From NCBI GenBank assembly GCA_964035545.1, contig OZ037768.1, positions 21,671,319 through 21,735,318 on the forward strand: a stretch of DNA of 64,000 bases, written 5' to 3'. Origin of the DNA: Bugula neritina. Taxonomy: Eukaryota > Animalia > Bryozoa. The notes beneath the pieces were generated by a model, which was given only the letters and a program-made list of their open reading frames with translations, was not told the origin of the DNA and did no database searches. The position numbers and the translations under genes were made by a program. Shown here piece by piece: positions 1-11,908 of the stretch; the stretch's first letter is position 1, and each line of letters starts with the position of its first letter.

Positions 1-97
1 AACCACCTTGTAGTAAGGCAGCAGTTAGGGTTTACTGTTTCCTCACAGCTGCTGTTCCTGTACCATACTGCCCGAACACTCCATACTTAACTTTCAG

Positions 98-268
98 GTG
101 TGCATCATGGACAGCACGCTAATACCTGCGTTCCCAATCATGTTCTTTGGTGGAGAATTGAAACTTGAGATAAAGGGAGATGGTGAGATTATACCAAAGT
201 ATGAGGCCGTCCTAGTCAATGATTGGATAAACTTTGAATGCCAATGGAGCAATGCCGAGCTCATTAAT
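98..268 (+). CDS. DHX36: Penultimate coding exon of DEAH-box RNA/G4 helicase DHX36 (C-terminal OB region); gene starts upstream of the window
   Basis: Acceptor ctttcag|GTG at 97/98, donor AAT|gtaagc at 268/269, 171 nt, phase 0. Translation VCIMDSTLIPAFPIMFFGGELKL...VNDWINFECQWSNAELIN resembles the DEAH helicase C-terminus (D-x-T...P...FFGG...DxWI-x-F). Confidence 0.85.
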
Positions 269-2853
269 GTAAGCTTTTGTGATCTACTGTATAGTAGTAT
301 ATTGTATCAGAATGTATTGTAATATATTATGTAGTAATATATTGTACTGTAATATGTGACCTGGCACCACAAAACAAGGGATGTAGATAAAATGTTGAAA
401 ACCTAGTTATTATTATGGAGTGATAGAGCAGACTTTCTCGAACATTTTGCACTTTATTTGAAGTCTCTAGCATAAATAGAACTCGAGATATCAGTATTTA
501 AAAACTTTAACGTCTTTAGAATTTCTAAATTACTGTTTCGAGAAAATCGCGTTTAAAGTTGGCAACTCTAGAATAAGTTGAGAATTATTTATTTACAATT
601 TACAAGCCTTAGCAACGGGTCTTTGTATAGAAGAAATAGTGACAAATTTGGTATCAAAATAATTGCGAAAGTTTGGGCTTTCTGTTAAACTAAATTTCAT
701 GCTGCCTCAACATAAAATTAGGTCAAATATGGCTGCCAAACCTTTTGTCTAATTTATTTGTCAATTCGCTTTTTACTTTGTTTAATGGTTGAAAGGTTTA
801 ACAATTCCAGCAAAGAAGAGGATGTTTCAGCAAGTTTGTGTGTTGAGATATTTAAATTAGGCATCCAAGTCAGCAGGAAGTAATATAAAACAAAATGGCA
901 GCTGCTTCCTCTTATACATTGAATATCTCCCTTTCCTCTAATATATCGTGTAATATATCAAACTGCAGCTATTGAGCTGTGCTGTTTCATAATTATTGCT
1001 TAATGAATAGAACACTTATAAGAAAATTATTTGACTATTATGAGATCATGCAAGGTTCATTTATATATATCTTTATAATCTCTAACAGCAACTAAATTTA
1101 GCAATTAATTTGGCTGAGATGTTCATGTTGAAAATATAAACATAAAATCAGCTATTTGAACTTTTGAGTTTTATTAGGCAATAATATTCACATTTAAAAC
1201 ATCAAATACATTATTTTAAAAAACCAATTAAATGCAGTAAAAAATCCAGCCTGGATACAACCATTATGCTTGAATTAACTCTTATCAAGAAAAGAAAATT
1301 AGGTAGCTTCTACGGTTGTTGCAAAGAAGGCACTTATGATCTTTCTACTTCCTAGGTCTTCATAACATGAGTTTACGGAGTATGGACACATAACATCATG
1401 TATGTGGCAAAACCTTCATCACTATCATCAGCTGATTTTCTAGCAATTATAGATGCTGCTACTTGACATCCATCCTGCCAATCTACCCACTTATTGTCTA
1501 TTCCAGAGCTGAAAGTACAATGTTGATATTTTTTAAATAACAAAAGGAAACGGTAGCTTGATTAGAAACTATACCCAGTTATATTATAAAAATTTAGTTG
1601 GCTAAACACTCTTGTGGTACTATTATGGCAGCAGTTAATTGTGATCCTGCATTTCATCAACGTTTAAATTTATTGAATTAAACAGAACAATTCAAATTAA
1701 AAAAATTATTGATAATTTTCAAGCACATCATTAAAAGACTGCAAACCTTTTTATGAATGAAATAAGCAGAAGCCATAACCTTGCAAGCCAAAATCCGGAG
1801 TGTCTACATTAGAAGTATTAGATTGAAAGGTAGTAGAGTTGTGTAGGTATAAGTCTTCACTCTAATGCCCTCACAAGTCCACTTTCTAAAATGTACAGAA
1901 TATTGGATCATTCTATATTAACATAGTATTATCAGTAAAATTACACATTATGCACTTGAATATCTAGCATATCTGCAATTGGCAATTTTGAAGCAATGTC
2001 TTTAGATAACTATTAACCACTCAGGCATTTAATAGAGTAAAAAAGCTAGCTAAGTGCAACTGAATCTATTAAAAACATTTACTATAAAATCAATTTGAAT
2101 TCAATAAATTACTTTAAAATATGAATAAATATTTGCTCATCTTATAATAAAATTAAAAAGTTTAGACTATTTATGCATTCAGTTAGTGTTACTACTCACT
2201 AAATAAGACTAAAAGTAACTCACTGAAAAACCAAGTCAGTCAACTATAGAATCATCATGAACTCGCATTAATATTTCATCATTATACTCGTTTACATTTA
2301 GTTACATTTATCATTTCAATTTGGTTATAGGTGATGCTTTTATCAATATGAATATGATTATCAATTGAGTTTTGACAGTAACACTAACTGTAAGCCTGCA
2401 TAATGTGATAAAGATTTTATCATTATATTTTAAATCAAACTTTGAGCTAATTTAAAAATCACAAGAGGAACCGGTAGTTTGACTAGTATTAGTAGGCCTA
2501 ATATTAATACTAATAGTAATAGTAATCAGTAACTGTATTGACAAAATCTAAGACAGAGGCTAAAAGTTACTAAGACTAAGAGTAAGTCTAATGTAAATTG
2601 AAATATTAACTATAGAATAAATCAATAAATATAATACTATCAGTATGAGTATCAAGTTTTAAGAGCAAAGGCGAAACTCAGAGTCAGACTCAAATACTAA
2701 TACAGTAATACTAATAGTAATAGTGAATTTATAATTATTAATTACTTATAGTAATACTAATAGTAATAGTTATACTATTAGTATTAATATTAAAAATTTA
2801 ATGAGCTACATTTGGTTTTACTACCAAATACCAGTAGGGGACGGAGCAATATT

Positions 2854-2938
2854 CCGAAGGCCCATTAGTCCGAAGGCCCATTAGTCCGAAGGTCCATTAG
2901 TCCGAAGGTCCATTAGTCCGAAGGTCCATTAGTCCGAA
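2854..2938 (+). repeat. Subterminal 16-bp tandem repeat of the left MULE TIR (CCGAAGG[C/T]CCATTAGT x5)
   Basis: Five head-to-tail copies without spacers, mirrored at 10123-10207. Confidence 0.95.
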
Positions 2939-4328
2939 AATTAGTAGACACATGATAGTAAAGAGCATCCTCACTGCGAATATCATTGATTTCACTCACA
3001 ATATAGTTTAAGTTCTTGCTCTGTTAATACTGTATGTGGGTGGCCTGCGTGTTGCCTACTTGTGATTGTTTAGCCTGAGATTACACTATGACCAGAAAAC
3101 AGCTGCATCATCTATCAACATTCCATTACGGCTGCTTTATAAACAAAGTACACAGCAAGCTATTCACTAGCTTGTCAGCTAACAAGCCTGTAATTAATAA
3201 TGTAATAAAAATCACATTTGCAGTGTATAAATCACTTATATTTTATAGAAAATCTATAAAAGCTATTGAAAATTTCAAAAAAGTTGCTTTGAGGAACAGA
3301 AAGATCTACAACATGGTTTTTAAATTTCGATTCTATAGCACAATTAGGTGAGGTTTTATTTGGCTCGACTGAATTCTTATATACTAATAGTGTGGCCCCA
3401 GCCAGGCAGTTACATCTAGAAGGTTGCCCTTATCTACATATCTTATGGATATGTTTGGTTTGGTATATTATGGTGTGCAGCTTTGGTTATTTGATTTTAG
3501 AGTAGTGTCCAGGATGTTTATAATTTTTAGTTTTCAATGCATTTTTACAGATATCCCTAATTAAAGATATTTTTAATTACAAAGAGATATTTTCAATTGA
3601 AATAGATATATGTATAATTTAATTAATATAATAATGCAGTTTAGCAGCTTACAGATAATTAAAGAGATTGTATGTGATACCAAATAATTAACTACCAAGC
3701 CAGAGATTTATACTATTACATTCAATAGCAAAATTCTAAAACAAACCATTATTTTTTGATGCTAACTTCAAATGCAACCTTTTTTTATAAGTTATGAGGT
3801 GCCCGGTAATTTTTTACAAAAATACAGTACAGTAGACACAAAATGTTTGCTTGGCTTTAATTTTACCGGTTTCATGTTTTTACTTTAGTTGTTCAGTTTA
3901 TAAATAGTCAACATTAAGGGCCTATATAAGCTGACTGACTGTAGCTAGAACAGAATTGCAGTCCCCTGTCATTTTTACACTAACTGTAAAATAAGTAATA
4001 CTTATTAAATGCTAGTAAATTATATAAAAATAGCCAAAAACAAAAAAATAATAAAAAAACTAATACAAAAAGTTACAATTAACCTGTTCTATTGAAGCAC
4101 ATTCCAACATTAAATAAATAATAAATTTTATAAATGATAAAAAGATTTATAATGAATTTTTTAAAATTATATTTAGCAAACATCAGTATATCCTAGATGC
4201 AAAATTACAATGGTTTGCTAGAAACAACACCGGCATGGTAGTCCCTAGTAACTTAAGTCTTAAATCGAAACTTGGAGGAAGATTTTACCTATTTTCATTT
4301 AGTTATGAGTAGCCTATATATATGAGTA

Positions 4329-4819
<491 letters not shown>

Positions 4820-4820
4820 G

Positions 4821-4829
4821 ATATGTGTA

Positions 4830-4927
<98 letters not shown>
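4821..4927. repeat. (TA)n microsatellite
   Basis: Directly visible. Confidence 0.98.
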
Positions 4928-4928
<1 letters not shown>

Positions 4929-4980
4929 TATAAGTATAAAGGTTGCAATTGACTAAGATATTTTATTTAAAATCAATTAT

Positions 4981-5034
4981 ATCACCTACAAATTTGTTTC
5001 GTAGCATGAAATTACTGCCACTCATCAGGGTGAT
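4981..5034 (-). ncRNA. Type I hammerhead ribozyme (inverted copy)
   Basis: Reverse complement of 5668-5721 (ATCACCTACAAATTTGTTTCGTAGCA...TGCCACTCATCAGGGTGAT). Confidence 0.9.
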
Positions 5035-5127
5035 GTATAAAATAGTGAAACAACAGAATTGGAATGTAAAAAATGTATGGATTTAAAATATAGCTAGAGT
5101 ATTAAAAGCAAAAATAGGCATTATCAT

Positions 5128-5557
5128 AAAACATGCAATTGCATAAGGAAACCAAGCTGCCCACTGAATGGCAAGTGCTTACTCTCTAATATTATCTACC
5201 AGGCCACCATAACATCACCAAACAGCTCAAATACATACATCGGACTATGTGAAACCAACTTTAAAAAGCGCCTATACAATCACACCTGCTCTTTTAAGCA
5301 TAAAAGAAACAGAAATGCAACAGAGTTGAGTAAGCATATAATTATGGTATCTAAATGACAAAGGCACCAGCTACACAATCAACTGGAAGATCATTAGTCA
5401 TGTGCCCAGCTATAACCCCAACTCTAAACGTTGCATGCTATGCATTTTAGAAAAATATTATATTATATGCAAACCCAGTCTATGTACATTAAATAAAAGA
5501 TCTGAGTTAACATCAACATGCAGGCATAGCTCTAAATTTTACTTGAACCGGTTCTAA
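5128..5557 (+). pseudogene. C-terminal GIY-YIG endonuclease domain of a Penelope-like element, frameshifted
   Basis: KTCNCIRKPSCPLNGKCLLSNIIYQATI...TYIGLCETNFKKRLYNHTCSF...ELSKHI / (4-nt insertion ~5341-5344) / WYLNDK...WKII...SKRCMLCILEKYYII...LNKRSELTSTCRH...*. Shows IIY..YIG, catalytic-type R, E and N residues, and the CNC/CPL/C cluster. Absent from the ORF track. Confidence 0.9.
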
Positions 5558-5667
5558 TACATGAGCTTTGTTTTAAGATAATGCCTATTTTTGCTTTTAA
5601 TACTCTAGCTATATCTTAAATCCATACATTTTTTACATTCCAATTCTGTTGTTTCACTATTTTATAC

Positions 5668-5721
5668 ATCACCCTGATGAGTGGCAGTAATTTCATGCTA
5701 CGAAACAAATTTGTAGGTGAT
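5668..5721 (+). ncRNA. Type I hammerhead ribozyme
   Basis: Stem I ATCACC/GGTGAT; core CTGATGA (5674-5680); stem II GTGGCA/TGCTAC; GAAA (5702-5705); short palindromic stem III (ACAAATTTGT); cleavage triplet GTA, predicted cut after 5715. Confidence 0.9.
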
Positions 5722-5843
5722 ATAATTGATTTTAAATAAAAGATCTTAATCAATTACAACCTTCACACTTATAGTATTTAGCTCAATTTTCATAGAAAAT
5801 TTTGAGCACTATTTGATAACTGGTATCATAATATACATTTTAC

Positions 5844-6140
<297 letters not shown>

Positions 6141-6410
6141 GGTACACACAAATATATATAACTGTAATGGACTATACACAACAGCTGCCAAAGGTCATCA
6201 TTGAACAGCTGACTAAGCTGGAACTGTTCAAATCATAGCAGCATGTTAATGAGAAATTTATAGTATGGCAACACACTCATAGGACTTGCAACAATGTTGT
6301 AAGCAGGAAGCTGGGGGCAGTCATCCGGATGTTTGTCAGAGGGTGATTCTGCCGGGTTGGAGCTGGCCAGATTTAGTTGCGAAAGTTTGATGTTTACCCA
6401 AGTCCTGGTG

Positions 6411-6440
6411 TATATAAGATGCTGTCTTTTCTGTTCAGTT
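6411..6440 (+). promoter_or_regulatory. Candidate core promoter of the transposase (TATA + Inr)
   Basis: TATATAAG at 6411-6418 and TCAGTT at 6435-6440 (TATA ~26 nt upstream of the Inr A), ~75 nt before the ATG. Confidence 0.45.
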
Positions 6441-6512
6441 ATAGAGGTTTTTAGCTTGTAAAGAGGAGAAATACACAATAACATTAAATTCCAAGTGATC
6501 ACACTAGTCATT

Positions 6513-9263
6513 ATGACCTTCATCCAAACGGGATTAAGAGGAGGGAAAATTTTGATTAACGATGGGTACAGATACCAAAAAAACAAAATGACAAGCCATA
6601 AGATATTCTGGAGATGTTGGCGGACAGCCTGTAGAGCTTCTCTTCAAACTGATTTGTTTAATCTAGAGGAGGAAAATCCTAACATCACAATATTGCAGGT
6701 ATGTCAATGCATTTTGATTGTTGGAACAGAAAAAAATATAATGTATATGTAATAGATTCACTATTTCATGCCAGTTTTAAAATTTCTACACTAGCCTGGT
6801 CATAATTTCACCATTTGTATAGGAAGAGATGTTAACAAGATTGCTTAAAGGTAGCAGTGATTATGATAATAATAAGCTACATATATCACTCTATAACTGT
6901 ATTTATTAATTGTTGCCCCACTTCGCTTTGTTTCTATTGTTACTTTTTCACATGCATTACTATTATAATCATTTTCAGTCACTCTGGCATTGTCCTGAAT
7001 TTTCTCATAAGTTTTAAGATGATCAAGCATTTTCGGCATCATCTTGTGGTTGATTTAATTATTATTACTTCTAAATTATACAACTTTAGGTTGCAGAACA
7101 TAAAAATCACGGTCAAGAAAATGACCTCATCGCATCATCAGCTCTAGCAGAGCAAATGCTAAAAGAGGTAGAAAGAGATCCAAGTAAGCCAACTAAAAGA
7201 ATTTTTGACGAAACTGTTCAACGGAACATAAATGTTGATCAAGTTCCAGAGTATCATAAAGTGAAGTCAATATTAGTGAGAAAGAGAGCTTCGCTGAACC
7301 CTGCCATACCTCATGAAATATCTGATGTGGAATTGGTAGGACAATGGAAAAGAACATGGGCAGGGAGCAGATTTCTCTCCCACCAAGATAATGAGTGGGG
7401 GATCCTTGTATTCGGAACAAAAAAGAATTTCAAGATGTTGCAACAATGTAACATTGTGTATGTTGATGGGACATTTAAAACTTGCCCACTACCTTACAAA
7501 CAGTTTATGACGATTCATGGGTTATTTCATGGAAGACCTCTACCATTTGTAATGGCCCTCATGGGGGGAAAGACAGTGGGACAGTATAGGCAGCTGTTTC
7601 AGCATGTTAAAAGCAAAGTGAGGGAAGCAACAGGCCACCATTGGCGCCCAAGAACAATAGTATCTGACTTTGAAATTTCTCTTATCACAGCTATTGAAAC
7701 AGAGATGCCCCAAGTCAGAACATCTGGATGCTACTTCCATTTTTGCCAAAGCATGTGGCGTAGAATACAGAATGTTGGCCTCAGTAGGGGTTACAGGCAC
7801 TGTAGCCGCCTTCGAAAACATGTTAGGAAATTTATGGCTATTGGATACTTGCCTCCGGCATTGGTCCGACAAAATTTTCGATTGCTAGCCACTTCAAACT
7901 CAACACAGCAATTAATAGCCCGCCACCCTGCTCTGTTAGAGTTCATCACATATATAGAACGAAATTATTTAAATGGACAGTTTCCTCCAGCCTTTTGGAA
8001 TGTATTCCACCGGAATGGTGACTCAAGAACCAACAATCATGTTGAAGGTAATTTTATTGTTCTCCCAGTCAACGAAAATATATTTGTAAACGAAGAAAGT
8101 ATGCAATATAGCCATATATTAGCTTTCAGCTAATGAGTTTTCCTCTCTTACACAATTGCCTTAGCTGCTGTTTGAGCTTATTTATGGGGCTTAGTCTGCC
8201 ATAGCTCAAATAATTAAATGTTTTTTAGTGGTTAAATTTTACTTGCCCAGATAAAATATCTGGAAATTCCCAAATAGTATTTTGTGTCTAGGTTAGGTAA
8301 AACCTGATGAATCTAAAATTGAAGTTATTAAAAATAATAGGTGTTTGGTATTTAAAAATTTGAATAATTTCCAGCAATTTCTTTTTATCAAAGGTTTGCT
8401 CAAAAAGTCACAGTTTTTGTTAATAATTTATTTCCATTTTTTAGCTTTTAACTTTGTTGCTTTACTGTCCAAAAGAATTAAAATTACTTGGCGTTATTTA
8501 TCCTGAATAAAGTCGAAATTGAAGTAAGCATTCCTGCATACACTTATGTTAGCAATAAAAGCTTTATTTATTAATCTCTATTCATAGTAGTGTATTAGAA
8601 GGAGAAATTTGAATTAATGGTAATAACTTTTGCAAATGAAATTAAAAATATTCGGAAAAAGTCCAAAAGAGCTTTGAATAAAATTTGTTCAACTGATCTG
8701 AGAATAAAGTACCTGATGGCGTAAGTGCTAGTTAAGTTGTTTTTATTGCGAGAGGTGCGCAAATACAAGTATTTGAAAAAACTGCTGCAGGTATAAGTCA
8801 TATGTATACATGTTTTTAATATAAAAGTATTTTCAAAGGAGGCACTAGAATAATTAATTTAAAAGGTGATTAATTATATGTTCCCATTTAACAATAGGGT
8901 AGTCATATATTGTATACATTGGTTACATATATAGACTAGCCAAACTAATTATAAATATATACTAAGCAAAGATGATAAAAATGTATTTATATAATTCCAG
9001 GGTTTCACTGCAGATGGAACGATACTGTTGGAGTTCGGCATCCATCATTGTGGTATTTCCTAAGGAAACTTAAAGATGAACAACGACTGCTTAATGTTTC
9101 ATCTGCTGCTGCAAGAAGAGGAGAGGCACCACTACCAAAAAGGCGAAAATGGAGAGAGCTGGAAAGGAGAATTGAAGCACTGAAGGCAGACTATAATAAT
9201 GGGGATAGAGATCTGACGAGTTACTGGAGTGCCATAACTTATGCAATAAAGGCATATGTTTAA
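6513..9263 (+). CDS. FLYWCH + MULE (DDE) transposase, 3 exons: 6513-6698, 7090-8047, 9001-9263 (~468 aa)
   Basis: Exon 1 has FLYWCH (GKILINDGYRYQKNK...FWRCWR..CRA), completed by EHKNH in exon 2. Catalytic motifs VYVDGTFK, IVSDFE, GCYFHFCQ and TNNHVE|GFH across the exon 2/3 junction. GT-AG introns with consistent phases and no internal stop. Confidence 0.92.
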
Positions 9264-10122
9264 CTGACTACATAGATGTTTCAGATAGTATTAAACTTTT
9301 ACTGATGTTTTATTTGTGAAAATCATTTATTTGATATAATATATTATTGGTCACAGAGAACTAAATAATGGTGTACATGCAGTTAGATGTATATCATATC
9401 CTATAATTATTAGAGATACAAATCCACTGAAAATACATTTAGTTAAATTATGCATATATCAGTTTCAATTAAAAATATCTCTTTGTGATTAAAAATATCT
9501 TTAATTAGAGATATCTGTAAAAATGCATTGAAAACTAAAAATTATAAACATCCTGGACACTACTCTAAAATCAAATAACCAAAGCTGCACACCATAATAT
9601 ACCAAACCAAACATATCCACAAGATATGTAGATAAGGGCAACCTTCTAGCTGTAACTGCCTGGCTGGGGCCACACTATTAGTATATAAGAATTCAGTCGA
9701 GCCAAATAAAACCTCACCTAATTGTGCTATAGAAAATTTAAAAACCATGTTGTAGATCTTTCTGTTCCTCAAAGCAACTTTTTTGAAATTTTCAATAGCT
9801 TTTATAGATTTTCTATAAAATATAAGTGATTTATACACTGCAAATGTGATTTTTATTACATTATTAATTACAGGCTTGTTAGCTGACAAGCTAGTGAATA
9901 GCTTGCTGTGTACTTTGTTTATAAAGCAGCCGTAATGGAATGTTGATAGATGATGCAGCTGTTTTCTGGTCATAGTGTAATCTCAGGCTAAACAATCACA
10001 AGTAGGCAACACGCAGGCCACCCACATACAGTATTAACAGAGCAAGAACTTAAACTATATTGTGAGTGAAATCAATGATATTCGCAGTGAGGATGCTCTT
10101 TACTATCATGTGTCTACTAATT

Positions 10123-10207
10123 TTCGGACTAATGGACCTTCGGACTAATGGACCTTCGGACTAATGGACCTTCGGACTAATGGACCTTCGGACTAATGGG
10201 CCTTCGG
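10123..10207 (-). repeat. Subterminal 16-bp tandem repeat of the right MULE TIR (x5)
   Basis: ACTAATGG[A/G]CCTTCGG x5, the reverse complement of the left array. Confidence 0.95.
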
Positions 10208-11480
10208 AATATTGACTAGTCACCATACCAGTATCAGTAAAACATGAATAATATTCATTATGATTATCATTATGAGTAACCGTACCTCAAACTGTGAGTC
10301 ATAGTGAGTCATTTAAATAGTTACTAGTACTACTAGTAGTAGTAGTAATATAGAATAGAATTGACTAACTCTAAGACATACTCCTAGTGATAGTGATAGT
10401 CATAGTTAATAGTATAAATATTATTATTAATAAATTGATAACTACAAATAATCCTGGCAACAATTCTAAGTTAGTAGCGTAAATGATTGTTTTGAGTATA
10501 ATTACCTGTATTGTTGTGGTTTTCAAGCTTGAACGCTAAAGATAAAGATTAAGATTAAGTTTAGCATTTATCACTAAAGGGCAAAACAGCTCAGTAACTT
10601 AAAAGCTAACTTTGGATGGAACGCGATGAACAACTAGAACTAGCCTTCGATTTTAAATATGATGCTTCTGACAGTACGAAGAAAGAGGTGTAAGCTAAAG
10701 TCATTTGATAAAAAATAAATTTGCAAGATCTCATGCTATGAAAGTGACTAAAATTGTCTTCTTTCTTTAATCGATAACTTCCCAATTTTTTCATCATTTA
10801 AAAAATTGAAAGCCTTAGTTACCAACTTTAAATGCAATTTTAGAGCTGAAGGAATCATCAAATGCTTACGAAAGTATGATTTTTGAAATCCTTGAATTTT
10901 TTTGTATTAGAAAAGTCTAAAACCTAAAAATTGGAAACTAATTTCAAATTTAAGTATTTCCAAATTAAACCTTCATTTACTACACTTTATAAACGCCGCC
11001 ACATCCCCGGTTTTGTCGCGACTGGTCACATATATTGCACAACAATATACTAATTTTACAGTAATATATAATAATTTATTGTAAATGTTGCATTGTATTG
11101 TATATATTATATAAATGTATGTAGTGCATTGTCGCCTATAGTATTGTATTGCGAAGGATCGTCAAAACGCAGTTTCTAACCATAATGTTTTTTAAAATTG
11201 CTCAGGTGACCCATTGAAGTTATTTCTCTTGCAAATATTTGATAATAGTGGAGTTATTTTCTTACAAACTTTGAGGTTAATTTCTATCATATATTATAAC
11301 AGAAAATACACATCAACTCTAAAAATTACCAGCTGGAGAAGTCAAGACTGGAATACACGGCCGATCAGCGCATGTTTTAAGAATAGCCATCTTATAACCC
11401 TCAATATCTCATAGAAATATTAATGCAGTAAAATTAGTTTGACATCTCCAACATTAATTTGACATCCAATTGTTTTGCAG

Positions 11481-11642
11481 AAGTTACGAAAGCAGCTGAA
11501 TGAGGTGTTAGAATCCAAGATAACTAACCCAGCACCAACCAACTGGGATCACCGGAGCAAGGAGGGTGCTGTGCTGCAGGCTATCATAGATCTGTTCAAC
11601 TCAGAGACAGTACAGAGAAGTAAATACAATAATACAACATAA
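11481..11642 (+). CDS. DHX36: Last coding exon of DHX36
   Basis: Acceptor tgttttgcag|AAG, phase 0, matches the exon ending at 268. KLRKQLNEVLESKITNPAPTNWDHRSKEGAVLQAIIDLFNS...* resembles the DHX36 C-terminus as recalled (LRKELDxLLxEKIxxPxPVDW...AVLSAIIDL). AATAAA at 11712-11717. Confidence 0.85.
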   Translation, partial: KLRKQLNEVLESKITNPAPTNWDHRSKEGAVLQAIIDLFNSETVQRSKYNNTT

Positions 11643-11908
11643 CTCCTTAACTATCCTTTCTATAATCTTTAATATATTGTAAAAATAATTTTGTATACTT
11701 TTTGTAAATTGAATAAAGTAAGTATTGCATAATATTATGTCTTGAAAATATTTCTGAACACATTTAGTTCAATAGATTCATATGCATTAGTGTATATATG
11801 CGGTAATATTAGTCTAAACAATGAAATATGAAGTTAAAAAGAAATATTATGGCTCATTTGGTAATCTCATAACATATAAAGTAATATAATATTACAAGTA
11901 TTCACAGT

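Noticed and set aside
2854-2938. CRISPR-like array (also 10123-10207, 14491-14779, 58501-58680)
   Set aside because: Head-to-tail repeats with no unique spacers, no cas genes, and a eukaryotic context.
3088-3351. ORF MTRKQLHH... and its mirror at 9560-9973
   Set aside because: Both lie in the MULE TIRs and differ by a frameshift; no recognisable domain. The duplication reflects the inverted repeat.
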